Origin: Podarcis vaucheri
Taxonomy: Eukaryota
NCBI GenBank assembly: GCA_965113315.1
Contig: OZ220365.1
Length of the DNA stretch: 64,000 nt
Direction: 5' to 3' (one strand)
Of the stretch, positions 13,201-25,200 are shown piece by piece. Each line of letters begins with the position of its first letter. The first letter of the stretch is position 1. The notes below the pieces were generated by a model. It saw only the letters and a program-made list of their open reading frames with translations. It made no database searches and had not been told where the DNA came from. Position numbers and translations under genes: made by a program.

Positions 13201-16200
13201 TGAACAGAACAAACAGCAAAACCTGATTGCCATTTGTTCCCTTTAGCACTAAAGGGCGGGTTTTCCAGGGGAAAGTGACAGGGCAAAGCTGCTTGGATCC
13301 ATGCTTTCCAGGCATGGAAACTGAATTAGCTAGGCAAGCAGAAAACTGCTTGGACCCGTGCTTTCTAGGCACAGGACAAGTATGGATGAGCCCTTACTTT
13401 GGGGGGGGGGTTATTGTTTCAGACTCAACATGGGAGTCCCAACAGGAGTTCTGTAAAGTTGTAACAGGACTGGCAGTGATCTTTGAAAGCATTTTATCTT
13501 AATGACTGTTGAGGGATTACTGCAAGCTTTACTTTTCATAGTGCATGTCGTTTATGTTTGTGATGTTTATAGTGGGACTAGTGATCATACTATCCTGGTT
13601 ACCTGTTTAGTTCCCCACCCTCAAGAATCCCTTGTTGTCAAGGGATTATTATTATTATCAAGGGGTTATTATTTTAGGCTGCAATACTATTATTTTCCAA
13701 GCTGGTGGTCTTCAATAAACTCATCAGCTAACAAGCTCCAATGAAGAATAATGTTTAATAAAACATCTCAAATTACGATAGGATGCATTTTCCTATAATA
13801 TAATGTTTCTCCTTGATTGAAATAACATCAACCAAAATCCTAGTTAGAAGCCACTCAAAGACACGGATTTTAATAACTTTTGTTTGTTTGTTTGTTTGTT
13901 TGTTTGTCTTCTGCAGGCAATCACATTGAGCAGCTTCAGTCAACTTACGTTAGTTCTCATCAGTTCCAGCAAATGTCTAAGGACTTTCAGGCCTGGTTGG
14001 AAAAAAAGAAGGAAGAACAGAATCAGCCTTGTCCCATCTCTACCAAGCTGGAGTCTCTGTGGACATTAATTGATGATCAGAAAGAGTTCAAGGCTGTCTT
14101 GTCTGACCAGACTGGTTCTTATGAAAAAATCATTGCAGAAGGTGAAAGTTTACTCCAGAAGACTCAGGGAGCGGAGAAGGCCGAGCTGCAGGCCCAACTG
14201 AACTTGCTCAGAGGTAACTGGGATGAAATGAACAAGCAAGTTAAAGAAAGGCAAGATAAATTAAACGATTGTTTGGAAAAAGCCCTTAGATACAGAGAGC
14301 ATGTAGAAAACCTACAACCCTGGATAGCGAAATGCCAAAGCAATATCTCTCAAATAGAAATGAGCATAGATCCTGCTCGGCTAGAGAATTCCATCGCTCA
14401 GGTGAAGAGCTGGCAGAAGGACCTAGACAAACACCAAGGGTTGGTGGAGCTATTAAGTAATGCAGCTGAAACATTACTCAGTGCCTGTCAGACAGACAAA
14501 GACATTATTGAAGAGGAGAAGGCGCTGCTGATCCAGAACATGGATATAGTCACAGAACAACTGCATGCTAAGAGAGATGGTCTGGAAAAGATGTCTCAGA
14601 GACTGAAAGAGTTTCAAGAGTCATCAAAGGATGTTGAAGAGCAGCTAAAGAATGCCAGAGAGCAGCTGGAAACACACGATTCTCTCAAACCCCAGACTTA
14701 CAGTAACAAACACTTGACGATTATGCAGGCTCAGCAGAAAACACTCCAGGCCATGAAGGCTCAAGTGGACCTTACAAAAAAGCTTGCCCAAGAACTGGTG
14801 GCAGATGCTTCAGATTCATCAGGTGTCTCTGACCTCTTGTTGCAGGCAGAAACATTAGAAGAAGAATTCAGCACCATCAGTCAGCAGGTTGAAGATAAAT
14901 GTTCATTCCTGGAGACTAAACTCCAGGGAATTGGCCATTTCCAAAACAGCATTCGAGAGATGTTTTCTCAGTTTGCAGAGTTTGACGATGAATTGGACAG
15001 TATGGATTCCGTGGGTAGGGATCTTGTCACACTGCAGTCACAGCGAAAGGATATAAAAACTTTCCTGAAAAAGTTGGAGGAACTCATAACCAGTAATGAA
15101 AATGCAAATAATACCTGCAAAATGATGCTCGCAAATGAAGCTGAAGCTTCTCCAGATCTTGCAGGTATAAAACGGGACTTGGAGGCTTTAAATAAGCAGT
15201 GCAACAAGTTGCTAGACAGAGCAAAAGCCAGAGATGAACAGATTGAAGGGACTATTAGCCGCGTTGAAGAGTTCTACAGTAAACTAAAGGGGTTTTCTAA
15301 ACTGCTTGGGGAAGTTGAAGAGCATGAAGAGTCCCAGGGTTCTGTTGGAATGGAAATTGAGACGATAAATCAGCAGCTGGATGTATTTAAGGTAAGAAGG
15401 ACCTTTCTGAGTTTTTAGAATTCTGTATTGTAAAATGAAAACTAACTGTAAGAATATTGTGACGTGAGCTCCTTAGTGGTCTAAACCCCCAAGGAAAATT
15501 CATTGGGTTGGCCCTCCTTTTTCAGCTTATAGATCATGTCTTGTAAACCAGTCAGTTTCTTAAGAATTGTGTTCAAAGTCATTTTTCATGTTTCCCAACA
15601 GAGGGTGCTTTTTGCCTATTTTAAGACGAGTGAGATCTAACATAACATACATTCCACTCAATGCATTCCCGTCTTGAGATCTAAAGCTTTATTAATAAGC
15701 AAGTTTTGTTTGTTTGTTTGTTTGTTTATGAATTCAAATGCCTCCTCTAATTTCAACGGAGAAACGGAATTGCTGCAAAATATTTACATCATAACATTTT
15801 TATTTGCCTTGTAATGAATAAGACGTGAGTTGTCCAACAGGAAGTGATATCACATGCTCCTTTGGTTTGGGGTCCTTGGAATTTACAAGTAATTTGCGGG
15901 TTGTGGTCTGAAGTTGTATGAAGTGTTCTCAGCTCAGTGTTCTCATGAAGCAATTTAGAAACTGAGAAGACGGTCTTCTCTTTGGTCAAAAGTTATTAGA
16001 GAAGCATTCTTAAGTTGTTTTAAAACAGAATGTCCTGCATTTTGCTTTGAAGATCTCCAGCAAAGCTGAGCTTCTTGGGTTCTCCTCTCCTCCCCTCTCC
16101 CACAGCTGTCATGATTAATGGTAATTTTTAAATGGTAATTTTTAAATGGTAATTTAGTGCAAATACACTAAATCATGGTTCTATTCAAGCACGCAGAAGG

Positions 16201-19200
16201 GTTGTCAACTGCAGCTTTTCTTATTCAGAGCAAACTTTCCCAAACTTGGATCTTCAGCTATTGTTAAACTACAATTCTTATCATCCCTGACCACCAGTCC
16301 TGCTAGCTAGAGATGATGGGAATTATAGTCCAACAACAGCTAGAGACCTAAGTTTGGGAAACACTGCCCTAGAGCTTAACTAACACCATTCAATTTACTT
16401 AAAAATTTGGGATTATTTAAGAATCTTTATATTTCCTTTGCTTCCCATTGTCACTATACTGCCTGGCTGAGAAGGCTCAGTGCTTCTGTGGCAAGAGAGC
16501 CTTCTCATGAACAGATTGCTGAATGATGGGATAGAATGAGGGCAGAAGCAGCCCTGAACTTTCCCCACCTCCACACCCATTCAGAATATAGACATAATCT
16601 TTCCCTGAGAGCAAGACAAAACACAATGAACACAGCATCCCACGCCCCAGAGGCATTGCACAGGCATGCAGGAAGAAATAGATCCTGCTCTGAGTAGTGT
16701 GTTCATATCAAACATTTCCAAATAAAAGACAATGGGGAGAGGAACTGAAGAAGCTGCAATTCAACTGTCCTCTCTGACAGCTGTTGCTTACATATGTATT
16801 AGCGGCAGATATTTATTTCATTTACTACGTGCACCATATGAAGAGCCAGCCCTCCTGTGACAGAGTGAAGGTGAGGTCAAGCAGAGTCCTGGGCGAGGTC
16901 CAAAAAGGCTGAGATTAGCATTCATTCCAGGGGGTTGTCCCAAGAGTCATGACCTGGGATCATGCCAGGCATTATGCAGCCAAGAGGTTTCATCCAAACC
17001 TGGTTCCCAGGATCAAGAAAAGTACTGATTAATCAGTCAGGGCAAAACAAAGAAGTGTGGAGGTGAGCTAAGGCAAAGGCAACAGGCCACTGGCTGTGCA
17101 TTTGTTCTGCTGAAGCATAGTTCTGGTTTCTGTCTTGTAACCCCGGCCCTCATCCAAGAAAGCTGCCTGGCAGAATTTATTTTAATATCCAGTGTGCCTA
17201 AGATAAACTCAGTGGCTGAAAGCAAAAGAAACTTCCATGCCATAATGAACTTTCATTTCCTAAGATGGCACAGAAGGGAAGCACAGCACTAGGTCCTCTT
17301 GCCTGCTAAACACCAGAATCAGTAGAATAAAGGCATATAAAGGCCTGAGCAAATGAAACATTATTTACCTGGCATACAAAAAATAACAGAAGGAGCCCTT
17401 CTGAGCCAAAGATAGGGCTCCCCTGATGAAAAAGCCCTGTTTTAGGTTATCAGACAATAGGATCTGAAGAGATATAACAGTGGGCAGTGGAAGCAGCCGC
17501 TTTTTAAGGTACACTTGCTTCCAAGATGGGTTTTTTAAACTTGAAAGTCATAAAAAGTACTTAAAGGATTGCTTTTTCCTATGTATTTCCTTCAGTGTGA
17601 CCAAGCAAAGTCAGAGGTCTTGCTTTGCATCTCCTCAACGGCAGATATGCAGTGGGTGAGAACAATGAACAGGGCAATATCAGTTAGGGCACCAGTGCTC
17701 TGGACTGCCCTCCCCAGGAAAGCATGTCTGGACCCACCATTGTGTACATTTCACAAGCTCTTTAAGAGCTCTTTTGCAAACCCTTTGACTGAGGGTAGCT
17801 GATGGCTGTTAGCAGCTCTCTCCTACTGTGATGATAGTGGTTGTGCTACTACCATTTGTTTTTCTGTATTGTTTTACTGGCTTTTCTTTTTTAAAAGAAA
17901 TGTGACAGGCTTTCCTTGCCATATAACATTGCAAGGTATCCCCCAGATAAATATGGGATGAACAGACGTTTGAGAATTTCCCCTGTCTTTCTCCACCACA
18001 TCCTTGAAAGGGGATCAATGATATCCCTAAGGAGCTGTAGTCTAAGCAATCTGCTGGCCTGTTCAGGCTTTCTTTTTGTAATTTGCAGTAAGAATTGTAA
18101 CAGTTTTGTTACCTCTTTGGGTAAAGTTTGTAATTATTACTTCATTTTATAATGTATATGAAACAGAACAAGAGACAAAAAATAAAAGCTGAAAAACAAA
18201 ACTATAAAACAGGAACGTAGAATGAGTTAAAATAACAGAGTAAAGACTTTCAACTTTACCAGATCATCTATAGTTGCAGATTTGCCAGGCTTGTGACAAA
18301 GGTTGTCTTGAAAATTATGGTACCGCTGTATATGTCATAAAGCAATGCCAAATCATATGAAAAATGTAAGATTTGGGCTGTTTTCTATTGAGTTGCAATT
18401 ACTATTCATGCTGTCAAGATCATATATAAGACTAGTTCGTTTGACAATATATATTTACTTTGGTATCATAAAAAAATATTCAGTAACATTAATTTTGGAC
18501 AACAAACAATATTTTCTTTAGTGATATTTATCATTTCTCTCAAAATTAAATTAAATTTTGCACCAACTGACATTCCCGCTATAAATGATAATATGTGCCA
18601 AGTTTATTGCAAACCCTCTAACAGTTAGGTGATACAGAATAAAATATTTTTGACATTTGCAAAGGCTTGCAACACCATCTGTGTAACATTTTTAAGTTTT
18701 CCCTAAGGAAACCAGAAACAGATTTTTAGGGTCATGATGCCCAAGTTTAATTCCAGTCCTTGGGAATAATTTGTGTGCCAATATCCAGTTCCCATATCTT
18801 TTTAAGGGGTGGCATAGATCCATAAGTTACATTGAGCAATGTAGAGTACAGTTTAGAAACTAATCCTTTCTCCGCTCTACCCATTGTGCTTAATAATTTT
18901 TCAGAAGGTGTTAAGGGTCTTAGAGCTTGTGTTTTTACATGTTCTTTTAAAAATAAAACTATGAATTTAATTAAAATAAATCCAGTTTGTGTTAAGTTAA
19001 GCCTTCTTTCTCTCTGACAGTTTTCACAATTTTTTCTTAATGTCACAAGTAAACGCTGCACTTTTTTGGTTTAGACTGCAACAAGCTTTTTCTGTGTCTG
19101 ATTGTGTTTTGGGAACTTCTGACTTGGAGAACTGGTGTTTCAATACGTGTGTATGTATTAGGGTACTGTATGTTTATTTATTTATTATTTATTACATTGT

Positions 19201-22200
19201 ATATCCCACCGTGGGACGTGGGTGGCGCTGTGGGTTAAACCTCAGCTCCTAGGACTTGCCAATCGCATGGTCGGCGGTTTCGAATCCCCGCGGTGGGGTG
19301 AGCTCCCGTCGTTCGGTCCCAGCTCCTGCCCACCTAGCAGTTCAAAAGCACCCTTAAGTGCAAGTAGATAAATAGGTACCGCTTTATAGCGGGAAGGTAA
19401 ATGGCGTTTCCGTGTGCTGCTCTGGTGCCGGTTCGCCGGAGCAGCTTTGTCACGCTGGCCACGTGACCTGGAAGTGTCTGCGGACAGCGCTGGCTCCCGG
19501 CCTCTAGAGTGAGATGAGCGCACAACCCTAGAGTCTGTCAAGACTGGCCCGTACGGGCAGGGGTACCTTTACCTTTATATCCCACCTTGCCTCCAAAGAG
19601 ATCAAGGCAGCATAAAGCTTCCCCCTTTTCCATTAGCCTCACAACAGTCCTGTAGGCTAGGCTGAGAATTGGTGACTAGCCCAAGGTCACCCAGTGAGCT
19701 TCATGACCAAGTGGGGATTTGAAGCTTGTTCTCCCATGGCCTAGCATGACACTCTGATTTATTTGTTTATTTATGAAAATGCTCAGCATGTTCATTCCAT
19801 GTACATTTTATCTAGAACATCTTTGGATTGTATTCACGTAGTCATGCTTAGAGTAGTCCCACTGGAAACTAACAGAAGTTAAATCATTTCTAAAGCGCTG
19901 TTGATTTCAATGGATCTACTCTAAGCACGACTAAGTCTGGATCCAATTTGCTTGGCAGAATGTGTTCATCACATGCAACAATGCATTTTGGCAACAGTCG
20001 CACACAGAGCTTCACAAATCCCTGTTGTTGGACTACAAAGATTAGTCTATTTCTTTGTCTTTAGCATCCGATTCAGGTTATGTGAGGGCAACTTGAATGG
20101 GTTTAATAGCACACTTCTGAAGGTCCTTTCGGAAGGACCTCTCTTTTTCTTGAAGATATGCACCTATGTTTGCAAGAAGAAGAAATATAGAGCTTTGTAT
20201 TATTTCTATGAACCATTCTATGAATGGTTACAATTGGGGGGTGGAAACCAATGGCTAAAATGTTTTGATTTGAAAGACAGTTAAATTGATCTTTTAATCT
20301 ACTCCTTGACAATACCTGATGGGTATTTTTATATGTTTTATTACAAATACTGTGTATTTTAAATTTTGTTTTCCCTCTCTGATTATTTGGGGGGTGTTAT
20401 TGGGTTGTTCTTATTTTGATTATGTATCTTGTGTTTTTATATTGTGGTTTTATCCTGTTAACCACCCTGAGACCTGTGGGTATAGGGCGGTATATTAATT
20501 ATATTATATTATATTATATTATATTATATTATATTATATTATATTATATTATATTATATTATTCCTGATAATCTGTATGATCTATTTTTATATATTTAAA
20601 TGCATTTTAAACCATGCTTCATTTACAAATAGGAATATGAAAAGTGGTTCACATTATCCACTTTATCGAGTAATAAGTCAACAGTCAACCGCAAAATTGT
20701 AGATTTTTCTCACAGTATATGCCTTTTGAGATGATGGTGTGGGCTTCTTTCAGACAGTGACGTGGTTTTCATGCCACACTAAGACAAACCATCTCTTAGT
20801 GCAAGTGTGCTGCTCCCAGAGAGGAGATAATGGTCATCTTGCTGCTCCTCAGTTGTTTTGCTGCTACACCAGACTGAGCTAAGCCATGGTTTGACTTAGC
20901 CTGTCATCTTAACTTGGGCTTGTGGCATGTCTCTCTCCAGCATAATCATGATCTGTAACCAAGGTGTTTCCTGTGGACGACCACCATTTGAGGCAGAGAC
21001 CTAGCTTTTTGGTCTCCGTTCCTTGTTTTAGCAGTAGGCTACGGTGAGGGGTTGAGGGTATGTGTATTGCTATTGTCCATAACTGCACCATCTCCTTTAC
21101 CAGCAAATCTCTTGATCCTGGGACAGGCTATCAGAGGGTCTGTACCTGGTGCTTGGTCAAAGAAGCAGACTGGGGATGCTGCTGGTCTATCAACTACCCT
21201 GTTTCGCAGCAGCATGTTTGATCAAGGTAGTCTCTGGACTACTTCAATATCCATTAGAGGCTTCCACTGTATTGGCTGAGCTCAAGACTTAAGGCCTTCA
21301 TTACAACCATGCAGCTCTCTCAAATGGTCATTTGAGAGACACCCTTGATGTAGCCTTTGCCCCAAATGACATGAGGGATGGACTGAGGTTGGGTGTGGAA
21401 GTGCACTGCTTTGTCATGGTCCGATCATTTCCTGGTATAGTTTAGATTGGTAGCAACAATTTCCTGACTGGGAGCTGTCATTAGAAGTTTTGTGGCCAGG
21501 TACCATAAGTATGCTGGTGTCACTCAGCCATAACATCTGAATTAGGAGCAATTTTGCATGCCTTGGAACAGTGCCTGGACCCAGTTTTAGCTTATTGTTG
21601 TTTTTACTTGTTTTGAATGTTTTAAATACTTGTTTTTAGTTAAAAAAAAATACTGTTATTGTTACTGGTTTATTCTTTTTGTAAACCGCCTTGAGGTTTT
21701 ATTATAATCAACGGTATATAAATGTTGTGAGATAAACAAACGGATATACATGACGTGCAAAGCAGACCACTAAGTAATAGTAAAGTAATAAAGTTCAAGT
21801 GGTAGTCCCAAGCTCATTGGAGGAAGGGAATAGCATATTGGAATTGCGACTAGTGACTCTCCTTTGAAATCATTACCAAGAACGATGGTCCATAGGCATA
21901 TATTTTTACAATTAACAGTAGTCAGTCCACTTTTAACGAGTATTGCTTTTGGGTAGTTGAGAAGAAGATTGTCTGCTTGTAGTTCTTATATCTTATCTAT
22001 CGGTATTTACATAAAGAAAAGAGGATTTTGTTTTGTATTCAGAAATCCTACCCAAGAACAAATCTTCCAGTGTTTCCAATCAAAGCTCCATTTTCAGTTA
22101 CTTACAGTAGCTGGCATATTGTATTTCATGGTGTTTCTCTTTCATTCTCTCACTTTCATTCAGTTATATTGTAGACCTTTGTGCTTTAAAGAAAGTACGC

Positions 22201-25200
22201 ATTGAATGAACGTGGGCAAAAGAAAAATTCAGCAGATGAACTTGCTTTACTTGGGTTACACCATGCCCATTTCCTCACAAAGAGCCAACCAGCTAAGATG
22301 ATCCTGAAAAACAAAAGCCCTTGTTTAGTTTGTATTTTGCTGAACATTTTAATGAGCTACTTCATTCTAGGGTGGGGTTGTGGGGAAGCAGCGTTCAATC
22401 TCTGCCACGTAATTACAATCCTTGAAATGTCTGCAAAATATTTCAGCCATAAACCTGCCACACTCTTTATTTATTCTTTTATTTATTAAAGCACATGGAA
22501 TTTATGTCAGTTTCTATCACTGAATGGCTCATTAAATCCCCTCCCCCATTTAGACCATTACTAGATGCGGAAAGGGTCGTTTCAGTATATTTCCAGTGTT
22601 CAGATATATGTCAAGAGGTGCCTTCTAATTGCGCTTCATAGGAGATCTGGGCCCGGATGAATATTCCAGTTGATGAGCTTGAACTAATATTTAAATTGGT
22701 TTAGGTCAGTGTCCTAGATGGTGGCCTCTTACCTTGTTGATCGAATCAGTGCAATGTGTTAACTCTTCCCTGAAGTATGTGGTTTCTTTTCACAGGCGCC
22801 TTCAAAAGTAAAATTATATTTTGTCGCTGCACCAACTTCAATATTTGCATCTGTTTTGCAGCTTAAATATAAAATGAAGAAAGAATAATAATTTACTATC
22901 ACTACATTAAAGAAAAAACTCGACATATATTTGGGGTGGCTGTCTGCATACAGATCTTATCATTTGTCCAGAGCCCTCTGTGTATTCTAATGCTCACATG
23001 GAGCTCCTTTACAGATGGTCTTCCCCATTCATTTAAATGGAAGGAGTAGCTGCGTGTGTCAGTTCAGGTGCTGCCTTGGACATGTACAGTGCCTGTTCAA
23101 CAAATCCATGCTCAGCTGACTATAAATACATTCTGGGTTGGGAGTGACAGACTTCCTTCAAAGGAGGGTCTTAAGGTTCATTGTCATTCCAGTACTGACC
23201 CATTTTGCTGCTTGAAGCAGAGCCCAGATAGTGTCTCCTGCCCCCCATCTAGGGCCACTTCTTTGAAAACACTTGCACTTTATTTGGGAATATCCTTTGT
23301 GGCACACAATAAGAGTAGTGAATATGGAGTAGTGAATATGCATGGCAATGGACTGCCAGAAACTTCACTCCTGTCTTCGACTATCCCTTCTTATAGTGCT
23401 GCCTTCCCAAGGGAGGGGAACTTTTTCTGCTGTAGTTTTTGTATATGGTTTGTTGTGACTGCAGATGGTGGTGTGAAACATTGTATTTTTAGTGGGACAT
23501 GATTGTTGTTAGCAATGTGGGCATTTTTATATGTAGATATGCTGGTATATATATGGCAAATAAATTAACAATCCAACAGCTTTTAGAAATGAGCTGCTCT
23601 CCTTGCTCTGTATTATTTTTACTCTTTTTAGTGCTTTAGCTATTTATTTTATTAAAAATATAATATGCCTTCCATCTGAATAGATCCAGAAACAAATAAG
23701 TAAAACTACTCATGTTATTACCTCAATATAGTGTGGTTTTTAGGAGTACTGTATTGGGTGAGATTTTTGAAAAGTTGCAGCACTTCTTTGCATGTTGGGA
23801 TTTGCAGTTGTCTGAGAGCCAGGAAGTGTAAAAAAATATCAAGCAAATCCCTTTTCATTGGATTAACAGGATTGTGAATGAAGAATGCATTCTGTAGTCA
23901 TTCAGAGAGACCAATTTGCTGGCTAAATCCCTAATTATAGAATATAATGTACATGTGTTACAAATATAGAGCGAAGGATGCAATCCTATGGAGATTTTTC
24001 ATGGGGCTTGCTCAGAAGTAAGATCTGGCTGTTAATTAAAATTGATTTATGGTGATGGTGGAAAGTAATTCAATTTGATTGAATTCTTATTATACAGCTG
24101 GTTAGTTTAGTTTATAATGCTACATACCATTAAAGGTGACCATCCACTATATTCAGATTCCTGTTAATCTGCATAATTTGTAAGTACTGGATTATTATTT
24201 TTGTTATGAAGCAGAATAAGTGCAGTTTGTCAGTGTTTTAGAAGGGTCCTGGGTAGTCTGGTCCATATTTGTATGGTGTCAGGTTACCCGGTTAAGCAAT
24301 ATGTACTAAATTTTTGACATTTTGAACTAATTAGCACCGGTTTTTCCATTCTGCTTGTGAGCCACCACCCACCCACCCTCTTTTCCTCCAGAATTAGAGA
24401 GCACAGACTCCGAGATGCAGGAGTGCTGCAGATAGGAACTTGCTCCTTTGTGCACCTCCCCCTGAAAAGGCTCAGCCGCGTTCAGAGACAAGACAAACAG
24501 TAAAAGTGAAAGATGGCTAAGTAAAGTCATGTGGGGCAGGAAGCGTAAGGGGGAAGAGCTAAGAGGTCAGGCACCTCCTAATGCTCGGTTGGAATAATAC
24601 TCAGGGAACGAATGCGATAGGAGCAGATGTTGCCTAAAGAATAGCAAAGGGCGTTTCTTTTAAGCTCACTATTGGGAGGGATGCCTGTCAGACCATAAGA
24701 AACCAGGGAGAGCCGGAAAGCTTATCAGCTGCGCTGGGCAGGACATGTGAGCGTTTATTGTTGTGAGCTCTTTTTAATGCCTTCTTCGCTACAGCTGCGC
24801 TTCAAGACGGAGATGAAAACAGTGACCAGGCTCTTTTAGCCACCGTTTATGCAAAAAAAAAAAAAAAAAAAAGTCCTGCTGAATTTAAACAGAATGTGAA
24901 TCTGTTGTGCCTTTGTGCCGGAGTGGAGGAAGAAATGCTCTAGTTTCCTGCTGTGTTGCCTTAAAACAGGACAACAACTTTCAAGGAATGTGTTCTGCAA
25001 GTGAAACTGGGGGAAAAGTTTCTTTTCCTACTAATTCTCTTCCGTTGCTTTTTTGTATTATTATTATTTCATTGGTCTGGCTCCTCAGAAAACTGTTGTG
25101 TTTCCCATGGAACTTCTGAACGCGCCACAGAGAAGCTTTGAGGAAGCAAGGAATAAACTGCCTTTTGAATCGAGGTTATTTATAGCTGCTGCCAAAAAAG

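Noticed and set aside
13880-15418. 512-aa ORF as a stand-alone gene
   Set aside because: Its start lies in the TTTG microsatellite; it is the internal 1475-nt DST exon with intronic overhangs
23056-23502. 148-aa intronic ORF
   Set aside because: GTG start, no recognisable domain, no convincing splice sites; consistent with chance
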